64,000 nucleotides of DNA from Malacoraja senta (taxonomy: Eukaryota), in contig CM075989.1 of assembly GCA_038087875.1 (NCBI GenBank), positions 11,968,001 to 12,032,000 of the forward strand, written 5' to 3'. The position numbers and the translations under genes are program-made. This document shows, piece by piece, positions 13,891 to 26,395 of the stretch; the first letter of the stretch is position 1; every line of letters starts with the position of its first letter. The notes under the pieces were generated by a model that saw only the letters and a program-made list of their open reading frames with translations, had not been told where the DNA came from and did not search any database.

Positions 13891-14530
13891 CAAATACCTT
13901 GGAGTGTACCTGAACAGTAAACTGGACTGGTCCAGGAACGCTGATGCCCTGTACAAGAAGGGATGGAGCCGGCTGCATTTTTTGAGAAGGCTCCGCTCCT
14001 TCAATGTCTGCAGTAAGATGCTGCAGATGTTCTACCAATCAGTGGTAGCCAGTGCCATCTTCTTCGCTGTCCTGTGCTGGGCAGCAGGGCGAAGGCCGCA
14101 AATGCCAACAGGATTAACAAACTCATCAGGATGGCTGGCTCTGTCCTAGGGGCAGAGTTGGATTCATGGGAGATGGTTCTGCAGGGGAGGATGCTCCTCA
14201 AACTGTGGAGCATCTTGGACAATACAGCTCCCCCCCCACCTTGACACACTGGTCAACCTGAGCAGCACCTTCAGGAACTGACTGGTTCCACCAAGATGCA
14301 GGACAGAACACCACAGGAGATCCTTCTTCCCTGTGGCTATCAAACTGTACAACTCCTCCCGCTTCTGTCATGGGGTACATTGATTCCCCTCCCCCGCCCC
14401 ACTTCAATCTTTGCACATCCCCAATCCTTTCCACTCGTCACTTTAATTTCATGTTTCATGTATCTCGTGTTTTATGATTGTTTAGCAGATTAATTTCCCT
14501 CCTGGGATAAATAAAGTTCTATCGTATCAT
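13891..14530 (+). mobile_element. Rex1/Babar-like LINE fragment nested in an older CR1 remnant
   Basis: KYLGVYLNSKLDWS...RLHFLRRLRSFNVCSKMLQMFYQSVVASAIFFAVLCW; AATAAA and (TATCG)-like tail. Confidence 0.85.
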
Positions 14531-14769
14531 AGAGTATGTACTCCATATCCACCCCCAAAATATATATGCCTTGCTGTCCAACGTTTCCATACATATACAA
14601 CAACCTGTCCATTCCAGGTACTAGTAGTAAACCTTCACATTAAGATCCTTCTTTTAATAAGAAGCCCAGTCCTGTACACAGTACTCCAAACATGGTCCCA
14701 CAAATACCCTGACTATTAACTATTGTCTTTCTTGATTATTTGCATACACGCATTGTATAGAACTCTTCT

Positions 14770-15172
14770 GTGAGTGTGTAGAAGTGTGTCAGGATGTGTA
14801 TTGTGGAGTATGTGACAACTATGTGTGTGCCGGAGTGTGTGTGTAGGAGGTGTGCTTGTAAGAGTGGTTTATGTAAAGGGGTGTGAGTGTGTAATGATGT
14901 GTGTGAGTTTGTGGGAGGTTTGAGGTTTGTTAGGGTGTGTGTTTAAGTGTATTGAAGTGTGAATGTTCAGAAGTATATTTACAGGAGTGCATTTGAAGAT
15001 TTAGAAGTATTTGAGCAACTGTGTAATAATGGTGAGTAAGTGTGCAGAAATGTGTGTGTGAAAGGAGTGAGTAAGTGTGCAGAAATGTGAGTCTGAATGT
15101 GTATGTGAAGGTATGTGTAGGATTGTATCGAAGTATGTGCAATGATGTAGAAGTGTGTAAGTGTCTGTGAAT
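14770..15172. repeat. Degenerate GT-rich low-complexity repeat
   Basis: Runs of gtgtg/aagtgtgt throughout. Confidence 0.85.
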
Positions 15173-15179
15173 AAACAGT

Positions 15180-16040
15180 TATAGAGTCATAGAGTTATAC
15201 ACTACCGAAACAGGTCCTTCGGCCCAACAGGTCCTTCGGCCCACTAAGTTGCCTAACTGAACTAGTCCTATTACTTGCGCCGACCCTTTTCCTTCAAATC
15301 TTTTCTATCCACTTCCTCTGGCAGCTCGTTGCATGTACCTTTGTGTGAGAAAAGTTGCCCGTCAGGATCCTTTTAAATCTTTCTCTTCTCACCTTAAACC
15401 TAAACCCCTCTATCCTGGGAGGAAGCCTGTGACTACTGACCCTATCTATGTGTCTCATGATTTTAGAAACGTTGATAAGATGATCCCTCACCCTCCGACG
15501 CTTCATGGAGAAAACAATCCATCCAGCATCTCTTTATAACCCAAACCTTCCAGACCCGGTAACATCTTCATAACTCTTTCGAGCACCCTTTCCAGTTTAA
15601 TGACGTCCTTCTTATTACAAAGTGACAAGTACTGTACACTATACTCCAAATGTGACTTTACCAATGTCTAGTACAGTTGTAACATGACGTCCCAACTCCT
15701 GCCATCATTACATGGACTGATGAAGGCACTGTGACAAGTACATATCCATGGTAAATTCAGATGAGAAATATTAATTTTACACCTCACCCATCTCCTTTGC
15801 CTCCACATAACATTTTTGATCTTTAAGGGGCCCTATTCTCTTCTTTGTTACTATTGTCCTCAATTTACTTGTAGAATCCTTTGGATTATCCTTTACCTTT
15901 TCTGCCAAAGTTGTATCATGTCCCCTTTGGGCCTCCTGATAACCTTTTAATTGCACTGTCACAGCCCCAATACTTAAGGGATTCACAATCCCAGCTGCCT
16001 ATACTGACTACGCCATCGATTTGACCAGAGCCTCAGTACC
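15180..16040 (-). mobile_element. Degenerate CR1 LINE fragments
   Basis: Minus-strand ORFs RFKVRRERFKR (15294-15506) and LAEKVKDNPK...IGPLKDQ...EAKEMGEV (15777-15986) are CR1 ORF2-like. Confidence 0.75.
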
Positions 16041-16209
16041 TTAGTACAAGCTTCACAAAGTCCCTGGACAGTATGAATGGGGCTTGTGGCTTCACAATGG
16101 GGCAGCCTCCATGCCATCTGCACTCTGATGAATGACAGGGCACTGTCTGGGTTTCTGGAACATTCCTCAAGTGAGTCATAAACTGAGCCACAACCATCCA
16201 GAATGGAGA

Positions 16210-16335
16210 AAATGGAACTGCAGATGCTGGTTTACAAAAAGATTACACAAAGTGCCGGAGTAACTCAGCGGGTCAGGCAGCATCACTGCAGAACATGAAT
16301 AGGTGACATTTCGGGTCGAGACCATTTTCCAGGCT
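16210..16335 (-). mobile_element. Penelope-derived short element
   Basis: Same unit as 9128-9365 and 43055-43153. Confidence 0.7.
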
Positions 16336-17269
16336 GATTGTAGAGGGGGGACCTTCAAACACCCTCAGGGTGTGTTGTACTTTGAGGGAATGTTGACTGT
16401 TATTGGTGAAATCTAAGAGGGCAATGTTCAAGTTAGGAGGCAGAACCCTGTAGAACAGTTTTTTTGACAACCCATATATTTTGTGTGGGAACCAAATCAC
16501 CTTCAAAGAAAATGTAATTGAAGAAAAGGTACAATTTGGTCTTCCACTAAAGCATAGAGAATTCTGTTTATTTATTTATCTCACTCTTCAAAGGGAATTT
16601 TATTAATGAATGCATGCATTTTAATTGCAAATCTAGACCCTCAGTTGAGAGGAAAATTGATTCTAATGGTTTACAAATTAAATTATTGCCAGCGGACCCG
16701 AGGTGCACAGGAGAAATTAATTTGCCCTGCAGTGAAGCCATTGTAGCAGCCTGTGTTGAACACAGCGCCTTTTATTCAGACCATAAATAATGAGCTTACA
16801 TAAAGAGTCCTCACAGTCACTTTACCGTGAGCATCTATCAGGGAGAAGACTTGCATTTAATCCACCACCTCATTACATTGCCCAGAGAGGATGCAAACAA
16901 TTTCCGTCAAAGACTGACTCTCAAGCCTCCGGGCAATGGTACTGTGGACACACACCAAGACTGATGACCGCAAACACAATCCCCCAAAAATGAGAGAGGA
17001 TTGGTTACCGGCCTCTGTGGGAGAGGGTCAGGGCATAGTCTAATATTACATGACCCTCTAAATAAAGGCACAGGCACTGGATCAGAGAGATCAAGGCTGT
17101 GAATTAATGAAGGCCGGTTTCTATGCAGTAGACTTGACATGGGTAGAGTCGAATTTAGCATCTTACCTGAAGAAAATCTGGTGAAGAACCCTTGGTGCCT
17201 CTCTGAAGGTCTCAGGGTCACACTCATTAACCACCAGTCCCTGCACAGAGAGTTGACAGGGGTTCGTTC

Positions 17270-17553
17270 CCAAGTATTCATTTTTACAGGGGGTCCCCAG
17301 GACTGTGTGGGTATTTACAGGGGGTTCCTGGAGAGAGTGTCAGCATTAACAGCAGATTTCTGGGAATGTGTCAGTAGTTACAGGGGATCCCAGTGAGTGT
17401 GTTTGTATTTACAGCAGATAGCAAAGTGTGTGTCAATGTTTACAGAGGATACCACGATGTGTGTCAACGTTTACAGGGGGTCCCAGGGAATGTGTCAATG
17501 TATCCATGTTTACAGGGGGTGCCAGGGGTGTGTGTCAGTATTTATAGTGAGTG
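17270..17553. repeat. Degenerate minisatellite, unit about 30-35 bp
   Basis: Recurring TTTACAGGGGG..CCCAGG..GTGTGTCA units. Confidence 0.75.
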
Positions 17554-17757
17554 TAGAAACAAGGAACTACAGAAACTGATTTACACAAAAGGACACAAAG
17601 TGTTGGAGTAACACAAGCTTCTCTGGAGAACATAGATTGGTGATGGGTATGAAGTAGGTTCCTGACACAAAACGTCACCTATCCATCTTCTTCAGAGAAG
17701 CTTGTGATACCCATTGCCTGACCCATTGAGTTACTCCAGCACTTTGTGTCCCTTTAC
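17553..17757. mobile_element. Penelope-derived short element, inverted pair
   Basis: ACACAAAGTGTTGGAGTAAC...GTTACTCCAGCACTTTGTGT palindrome. Confidence 0.7.
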
Positions 17758-17789
17758 ACCCTCATTCAGTCTCTTTGGGAGGAAAGTAA

Positions 17790-18488
17790 TGGGCCTGCCC
17801 CACTTAGGCGATTTTTTCGGCGACTGTCGTAGTCGTAGCAGGTCGCCGAAAAAGCGGCGACTAGACAAACCCTATGACAATGTCTACGACAATGTCTACG
17901 ACAATGTCTACAAGAACCTACCTCCTAGTCGACGTCAAACTATGACAAGCTACCGACAACCGGTGACCATTAGGACGTCCACCTACGACCACACCTACAA
18001 CAACCTACGTCCACCCGCGACAAGCTACGACAAGGTAAGACAATTCAGTCGCCGGTACCTGTCGCCGGTTGACGTAGGTAGTCGCCAATGGAATTCACCG
18101 AAGTCAACACCAGCGATAACCTACCTCATCCTGGTGATAACCTACATCATCCTGGCGACAAACTACGACAGCACCTACATCAGGCTACGATCGTTGGTGT
18201 CAAGCCCACGGGCGCCGACTGTCGCCGAAAAGGTTTGAATATTTTCAAATCCAGCGGCGAGCAGAAAAAAGGTACGACCCTGAAGAAGGGTTTCGGCCCG
18301 AAACGTTGCCTATTTCCTTCGCTCCATAGATGCTGATGCACCCGTTGAGTTTCTCCAGCACTTTTGTCTACCAAAGGTAGACCCTTTGGGCGACTGAGGA
18401 GACCATACAGGCGACACCCCTGCGACCATGTGGCGACAACCTAGACGCCTGTAGTCGCCTAAAAAATTGCCTAAGTGGGACGGGGGCA
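17790..18488. mobile_element. Non-autonomous PIF/Harbinger-like MITE
   Basis: TIRs TGGGCCTGCCCCACTTAGGCGATTTTTT / AAAAAATTGCCTAAGTGGGACGGGGGCA; TAA TSD at 17787-17789 and 18489-18491; internal 12-bp CTACGACAATGT tandem repeats. Confidence 0.85.
18280..18372 (+). mobile_element. Penelope-derived short element inserted into the MITE, with hammerhead-like core at 18280-18307
   Basis: Flanked by AAAGGTACGACCCT (18268-18281) / AAAGGTAGACCCT (18373-18385); CUGAAGA-A-GGGU(UUCG)GCCC-GAAA-CGUU. Confidence 0.75.
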
Positions 18489-18894
18489 TAACTCTGCCTC
18501 AGGTGAGTTGTTCATTTATTTTCCTGTCAATAAGGACCTGCCCCAGGTGGCAAATGCCACTCACAAGGAATAACTGGACAACGGTCCTGAAGCAGAGATT
18601 GTCACTCTACCCCCTGCTCTGAGAGCAGAGCGACTAATCTGCCAATTGGAATGAAATCTTATACAGTTCCCACAGCACTCTCCAACCGCGTCTTCCTGCC
18701 TGTTTGAAGGAAGCTCTCTCACCCCCTCTAGAGGAATACCCTCACTAAACATTGCAGGAGCTAAATGCACTGAAACCCACTCTCAAAGGGAGAAAGGCAT
18801 ATACACTGATTAACTGTGCGGCTGCAGGACACAAATACCATCCATGCTTCACACAAACCTCAATCAGCTTTCCTCAGCTTGTCTCAATAACTAG

Positions 18895-19210
18895 GGGCAA
18901 CATAGCAGTGCAACTAGTAGAGTTATCACTTCACAGTGCCAGGGACCCAGGTTCAATCCTGACCTCCAGTGCTGTCAATGTAGAATCTGCCCATTCTCCC
19001 TGTGACCGTGTGGATTTCCCCCGGGTGCTCTGGAAGGTTAATTTGTAACTATAAATTGTCGCTAGTGTGTAGGTGAGTGATAGAATTTCAAAAGAACTGA
19101 TGGGAATGTGCAGAGAATATGTAAAGAAAAGGAGTTACAATAGGATTAGTGCAAATGGGTGGTTGATGGTCAGCATGGACTCAGTGGGATGAAAGGCCTG
19201 TTTGACTCTT
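18895..19210 (+). mobile_element. tRNA-headed SINE (HE1-like)
   Basis: A/B-box-like head (...gggacccaggttcaatcc), conserved body and CR1-like tail; related copies at about 23030-23275, 26150-26395, 35975-36240 and 62985-63275. Confidence 0.7.
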
Positions 19211-21199
19211 TGATGACTATGTCGTTCAGTTATGTAATGCTGCCAAAAGAGTAAAATGTCCTAGATACTACCCTGGAGCATTAGCAAGTAGAAACCAGGC
19301 AGGAGGGCAGAAACAGGACATTTAGGAACTGAGAGAGATGGAGAGGGTTAGGGAAGAAATTCCAGAGCTTGGAGCCCAAATAACTGAAGACACTGCCGCC
19401 ATGATGACTGAGGGATAATCAAGAGGCTGGAATTGGAGGACTACGATGACTGCAGAGTTTTCAAGGGCTGGCAGGCGAGTTTGGACACAGAGTTTTGAAG
19501 GCCTTGAGGGCGGCAGAAGTGGAATGTGTCAAAATAGTCGAGTCTGGCGGCAAATAGGTGAGCTGAGGCAGGGCTAGGTTGGATGAATTTTCTCTTCCTT
19601 CATCTCTCCCGTCCTCAGCCAACTTCTCCATATTGTGATATTCATCCCAACCTGTCGGAGGGAGTTCCACTCCTCCCACTCACCGGGTAAAGGTGTTTCT
19701 TCTCAGTTCCCATTGGATCAATCTTGTGGTTCCTTATTTTGGATTTTCCCACAAATGGAACGATCTTTTGTGAGTCTATGCTGTAGTATTTTTGTTCCTT
19801 GTGCCACATGGCCCCAACAAGAAGTCTTGTGCTCGTTTTTTAAAGAATAGCCATGGGGTTCTCTACATCCATTTGAGAGGTCAGATAGGGGCCCCCGGTT
19901 TAAGATCCCACTTGCAATAGGACAACACTCCCTGATTCTGCCCCAGGATGTCTACTCTTGTACTGGTGCAGATCTGTGGGACATGACTGGGGCAATTGTG
20001 GAGCTGTGAGATCTGATTTTCAACTGAGGACTGTATTCCAACCCAAAAGCCAGCACAGGGTAATCTGGTCCAAGACAAGACCCATTTTCCTGCCGAGTTC
20101 AGTTTTCAGGCTGGCCTTCCAGCAGTCTGCCAGCCTCAAGCAGCTCAATCAGGCTCAATGTGGACTCTGTGAGAGACTGACTGCCACTTAATCACCCATT
20201 CATCTAACTTAACATTCCTCTTCACTACAATCACTAAAGTGAAGCACCAAGGGTCAGACAAACCGGTGGTGTAGTAACCTTTGCATATCTTGCTTCCATG
20301 TTGAAACGGATTTCAGGCGCGGAGTTCAACTTGTGCCTCTATCATCCCACCACAACGGAGACATTGATGTCTTCCATGTGGTGTTGTCCCTACAATGTGC
20401 TCCCTGACCCCATCCAAATGATAAGAACAAAAAGTTGCTGTTGTGTCATTCAACACCATGTTATGCAGTCCATCAGAAAGGATTGCAGACTGATCTCAGC
20501 CAGCGGAGACTGTATAACGCAATTGCACTTGACAACATCTCTTTCTGGAGACAATCAATGCAATGTACAAAATATTCATTAGATCGCCCAACTGGAAGTC
20601 CCACTGAGCAGTCTGTGATGTTGCTGGCTGGAGCAGCAGCCCCTGCTTGTCACAATGGGGCCTGTCAGTTTTTGTTGTCCAGGAGGCCTCCACCCATTCA
20701 AGCACGATCATCAATCTTCCTCCTGCATTTCAGCAATAACAAAAATTCAAGCAAACAAATCTCATGGCCGCCGTTACTATAAATAATAAAACCTCCAGGC
20801 ATCTGCAACATGCATCAGAAGCTGACTGTGAAATCAGAGCTTGAGCCAAACCTTGCACCTAGTATCCTTGTGACAGGAACTGCTGAAGGAAGCTGTGATG
20901 AGATTGGCCCCTGTGGAATTTCAGTAAACTCGGTTTTTGCACAGATTGCAAGTAGACTGCTTTAAATTCAGCATCGTAAGTGGATCTTAAGATTGTATGT
21001 GTTTTTGAGCCTATAAATCCTGCATTGCAGGCTGCCTGCCTGAAAATAATGGGTAATGCTACACAAAGCTGAGTGAGAATAGGCTCAGTGGATTGAGAGT
21101 GGCAGATGATATGTTTTATCCTGTAGTTAACCATCCAGGGAACATTCTCATGTCCAGTACTCACTATATAAAGATTGAAAACCAACATGATTATGGATA

Positions 21200-21390
21200 G
21201 AAGATAGACACAAAGTGCTGGTGTAACTCAGCGGGTCAGGCAGCATCTCTGGAGAAAAAGGATGCATAACGTTTCGGGTCAGCACACTTCTTCAGAACCG
21301 AAACATCATCCATCCTTTATCTCCAGAGAAGCAGCCTAACCTGCTGAGTTACTTTGATATAAACCAGCATCTGCAGTTCCTTTCTACACA
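21200..21390. mobile_element. Penelope-derived short element, inverted pair
   Basis: Opposed copies centred on about 21296; minus copy retains CTGAAGAAG...CCCGAAACGTT. Confidence 0.75.
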
Positions 21391-21409
21391 TGATCATAGA
21401 TAGGTTAAA

Positions 21410-22315
21410 AGACAATATGGCCAAGAAAGCATAAAAACCATGTACTTCTATTTCCTCAGAAGACTAAGGAAATTCAGTATGTCTCCAGTGACTCTTACCA
21501 ATTTCTATAGATGCACCACAGAAAACATCCTGTCCGGATGCATCACAGTTTTGTATGGCAATTTCTCTGCCCAAGATCTCAATAAATTGCAAGAATTTGT
21601 GTAATCAACCCAGCCCATCACTCAAACCATCCACCCCGATCAACTCCATCTACACTTTATGCTGCATTGGGAAAGCACCCAACATAATGAATCACCATTT
21701 TCACCCTTCCTTAAAAGGCTTTGGAAGTTTGGCATGTCTCCTACAACTCTCACCAATTTTTTCAGATGCACCATAGAAACCATTTTATCAGAATGCATCA
21801 CACCTTGGTTTGGGAGCAGCTCCATCCAAGACCGCAAAATATTGCAGCAAATTGTGGATGCAGCCTAGACCATCACACAAACCAGCCTCCCTTCTATTGA
21901 CTCCATTTATACCTCGCGCTGCCTCGGCAAGGCCAGCAGCATAATCAAGGACGAGTCGCACCCTGGCCACTCCCTCTTCTCCCCGCTCCCATCAGGCAAA
22001 ACGTATAGAAGTGTGAAAGTGCACACCACCAGATTCAGGGGCTGTTTCTTTCCAGCTGTTATCAGGCAACTGAATCATCCTTCCACAACCAGAGAGCTGT
22101 GCTGAACTACTATCTACCTCTTTGGTGACCCTCGGACTATCCTTGATCGGACTTTGTTGGCTTTACCTTGCACTAAATGTTATTCCCTTATCATGTATCT
22201 ATTCACTGTAAATGGATTGATTGCAATCATGTTTGTCTTTCTACTGACTGGTTAGCATGCAACAATAGCTTTTCACTGTACCTCGGTACACGTGACAATA
22301 AACTAAACTAAACTA
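21410..22315 (+). mobile_element. Two adjacent Rex1-like LINE fragments
   Basis: The RRL(R/W)KF(S/G)MSP segment occurs twice (about 21460 and 21715); the second copy runs to AATAAA(CTAAA)n. Confidence 0.85.
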
Positions 22316-22536
22316 GACTCCTGATATCACCTCTCCCAACCTCATTCTGAGCAGGAGGTGAATCAGGGACAAAATGAGTGAAGTCCAGGGCTGTGTGTTT
22401 TCTGGTGGACCAGCTAGGGGACCTGAGGGATCTTCTCCTGCTTCCCGTTCACATCTCAGGCAATGCAAAGCTCTGTCAGATCTGGAAACATCCATTCTGC
22501 TCTGTGCCTATGTCCTGAGACGCTGCGATCTATTGA

Positions 22537-22755
22537 AGGCACAAGAGACTGCAGATGTTGGAATCTTGTGGAAAAATCAAACTGCTGGAGGAACTTAGCA
22601 AGTTAGACATCAATGGAGGAAAATGGACAGATGTTTCTGGCCAGGACCTCCTTCAGATACAAGAAGTCCGCAGAACAGGCTCAATTCAAAACATCATCTA
22701 CCCTCCACAGATGCTGCCTTCTCCTACTGAGTTCCTCTACTAATTTGTTTTTTAT
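22537..22755. mobile_element. Older Penelope-derived inverted pair
   Basis: Degenerate version of the same unit in both orientations. Confidence 0.55.
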
Positions 22756-23029
22756 ATGCAATCCACTGAATCCTCGTTGACAACGATCTGGTGCTTACTT
22801 AGCTATTTGTGACTGAATTCCTGCATGCACAGCAACTATTTATAGCTTTGGAACTGAATAAAGTGTCTTTAGGTCAATCATTGGTTTTGGTCACGTGTTA
22901 TATGATTGCTCCTGTTTTTGACATCGTGTTTATTGGAATTTAATTTTGCTTCAGTAATCTGTAGAAAATGGAGAAGCTGGCCTTCATCTCAGATGGTTAA
23001 GGGGACATTTAATAAAAGGAACAAAAATC

Positions 23030-23275
23030 AATCCTAACCTCAGGTGGTGTCTGTGTAGAGTTTGATGTTCTACCTGTGCAGGTGTACCCTCTGGGTGCCC
23101 CGGTTTCTCCCACATCCCAAAGACATGCAGGTTTGTTGGTTCTGTAAATTGCCCCGAGTGTGCAGAGAGCGGATGTAAAAATGGGATAACATAGAACTAG
23201 TGTGAACTAGATGGTTGGTGTGAACTCAGTGGGCCGAAGGGCCTGTTTCTATCCAGTATCTCTAAAACTAAAACT
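23030..23275 (+). mobile_element. HE1-like SINE (5'-truncated)
   Basis: Body similar to 18895-19210. Confidence 0.65.
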
Positions 23276-23312
23276 GAAGCCATATGGGAGTTTTGACAGG
23301 GTCTGTAAGATG

Positions 23313-24351
23313 TAGCAATGTTACAAAATTTTGAGATTTAAAAAATAAAGTCTGCAATTTATCCCATCAGATAAAGCATAAAAAGAAGTTTAATTTGACA
23401 CTTAATTCACTTTCATATCTTCAGTATTAAAAAAGTTATGGCCATTATCATACAGAAATTAGCATCTAGTTCCCTATTGCTTTTCCATTGACTTAACACA
23501 AAAGCTGTGATCGAGGACAGTTAAAAGCCCATAACTTTCTTAAAAATTATGATAACTGAAAGAAATTTTCAGGTATTATAGATTGAAGCATTCTGAAACA
23601 AATATGAAACAATCTTACTTCGAAGACATGAAAGTAAAGCATATAATTAGTTAGTTACCTAATTGTAGCTAATTACAAAATTCAATTACTAGATCTAAAC
23701 ATCTATCAATTTCTTAAGAATAGATTAACATTTTTAAATAGCCTAAGTGTCCAAATAACATTCACACAATAATTCACAATATAACATAATTTTTAAATCT
23801 AATTTTCATGAATTTACAGGCCAAATGGAAGGAATTGAATGTTTAATACCTGTAAATTAATGGGGATTTAATTCATCTTGCGAGTGAGGATTACTGGAAC
23901 GCGATCTTTTGGAACGTTGATTTGCGGTGAATTTAACCCCGTATTGGCATGAAAAATACTGCCGTTAATTCGGGGAATAAAATCACCGTTTCGCATGACA
24001 AAATGTGAATTAAAGGCTTCTTAAGAAGCACTTTTATACATTTAAAGAAAGCACTTTCGTTTACCTGTCCCGTGTGTGAAATCCGTCCCCGTTATCGGCG
24101 TTGACGCTTCAGGAGCTGCTTTTAAAATTACTGTAGCGCTGACATTGACGATTTAATAAAAATAAAAAATTCACAAAACGCCGGTAGGAACGATTTTGTC
24201 AGCCAAGGCTTGTACTCCAACAAAATATTCCCAGGACAAGGGAGGAGAAACCCGCGTTTTAACCCCGCCCCCCCTTAAAGGCGCCAAAATCACGCACACG
24301 GCCAGTGGCAGAATTACAGCGCGACTGAAGGTAAGTTTTGTAACATACCTA
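23313..24351. mobile_element. Non-autonomous DNA transposon with 16-bp TIRs and 7-bp TSD (superfamily uncertain)
   Basis: TAGCAATGTTACAAAA ... TTTTGTAACATACCTA (14/16 match); TAAGATG at 23306-23312 and 24352-24358; AT-rich interior with a CpG-rich right end. Confidence 0.8.
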
Positions 24352-25859
24352 TAAGATGGAATTGTTTCCGGTGGACCAGAGGACCACAGATCAAAGGCAA
24401 CTGTTAAAACAACCAGAGCGGTGACGGAAAACGTGTGAGTGGCTGTCACCTGAGATGTGTGTCTGCAGGAACGATGTAACCACATTCAACAGGAATTTCC
24501 AAAAATGAGTTAGATTAATATTTGCGGCTGTAAGGAAAGATTTGTGGACGGATTATATAACTGTAGGGAATAGCTTACTTCGCAGCTGCAAGATTCAGTG
24601 GTTTGAAATCTACCTTGATTGTGAGGTTGTTACATGGTCGAGAATATGCACCATTTTCCTCTTTAAATATTCAATCATTTTACTTCATTGAAACCAAATT
24701 TCTTTACATGAGCCCACTTCCCACAGTGTGACGCTGCACCTTCTGCGCTTGCACGCCAGGGTCAGACTCCAGTGGTACCACCGTTGTGGAAACAACCGTT
24801 TCCGTTGTAGAAACACAGGCTGACACATGGTCTCACTCATCTCCGGAGACTGCTGCTTCCTAACGCATCCCGCAGAAAACAGCATTACCAACAGGAACTA
24901 AAGGCATCTGTTTCTGATGCTAGGATCAGAGGATTACCAGGATATTCAAAGTCTGATGACAGATCTACCTGGAAGACTTAAACAAAATCAGAGCGGAAAG
25001 CCCAGGAAGACTGAGTGCCAGCGATGCAAGTGCTTTGGACAGATTGTGCCACTGCTGGAGTAAAGCTGTCTGTCATACTGCCGGCTCATTAGAAAGATCT
25101 GGGGTAAAATAGCTGGAGCTTCAACAGCTTGCATTTAAATAGCACCTTTAGCATAGTAAAACATCCCACACAATCTAACAAAATTGATTATCGGCTGAGC
25201 AATGCACACAGCTACCTAAGGAGCTATCGAGGCTGGTGGCCAAGAGCTCGGTCAGTGTCTCAAGTATTAAAGACATTAACAAAAGGACAAATGTGATAAA
25301 GGAGTGAATTGAAGAGTGAATTGCGGTGCTTATGGCCTTGGGAGCTAAAGGCACAGTCACAGTTCAGGAGCGATTATCAATGGGGATGTGTCAGAGGGCA
25401 GAACTAGAGCGATACCAAGATATTGAAGAACTGACTGAGGTTACAGAGATAGACTGGGAGAAAGCTGTGGCATAAGCACTGACAGCATCCTGCTGGGCCA
25501 AATGGCCTGATCTGTGCGAAAAAATCTGCAGAATGGCAGATGTGAAACATGTTCGAGTCAAAGACAAAGATGGTTTAACGATGAGATGGAGTTTAAGGGA
25601 AAAATATCATTGGATCAGAGTCTGTTGACTGTGTTTGCAGGTATTTAATGTGTTGGCTCAGGGAGCATTCACAGACTGTTCCTTCTCAAGGGCCAAATGT
25701 GTGGAGGTGCATCTAACCACACACATTTTAGTCTGTGGGGAGGGTGTACCCTTGCTCTCTCCACCTCCACATGTCGCGCGAGTCACTGACAGATATAGCA
25801 CAGAAGCAGGCCCTTTGACCACTGAGTCCACACTGACCATCAAGCACCCAGTTTTCTTA

Positions 25860-26125
25860 GAATAGAAACAAGGAACTGCAGGTTGCTGGTTTGCAAAAAT
25901 GGACACAGAGTGCTTTGTGCTGCCTAACACGCTGAGTAACTCAGCGGGTTAGGCAGCATCTCTGTAGAACATGGATAGGTGATGGTTTGGGCCGGGACCT
26001 TATTGCCAAAGTCTGAACCGTTCTTCTGATGAGTCTGAAGAAGGGTCCTAACCAGAAGCGTCATCTATCTATGCTCTCCAGAGAGCTGCCTGACCCGCTG
26101 AGTTACTCCAGCAATCTGTGTTGTC
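25860..26125. mobile_element. Penelope-derived short element, inverted pair
   Basis: Opposed copies; plus copy starts GTCTGAAGAAGGG at about 26032. Confidence 0.7.
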
Positions 26126-26149
26126 TTACCCTGTTATACTGCTCTTACC

Positions 26150-26395
26150 CAAACCCATTTTATTCTCCTCACATTCCCATCAACTGCTCCTAGAATCTAC
26201 CTCTCACCTACACACTAGGGACAACTCATGTTACCAAATAACCTGCTGACCCGCATGATTTGGGATGTGGGTGGAAACCAGAGGATACCCATACAGGCAC
26301 CATGAGAACTTGCAAACTCCACACAGACAGCACCAGGGGTCAGGATCGAACCCGGATCTCTGGAACTAACATGCAGTGTTGAGCTGTAATGCTGT
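26150..26395 (-). mobile_element. HE1-like SINE
   Basis: Reverse B box caggatcgaacccgg and conserved body. Confidence 0.7.

Noticed and set aside
17714..18238. 174-aa ORF with YDNV repeats
   Set aside because: Translation of the 12-bp tandem repeats inside the MITE
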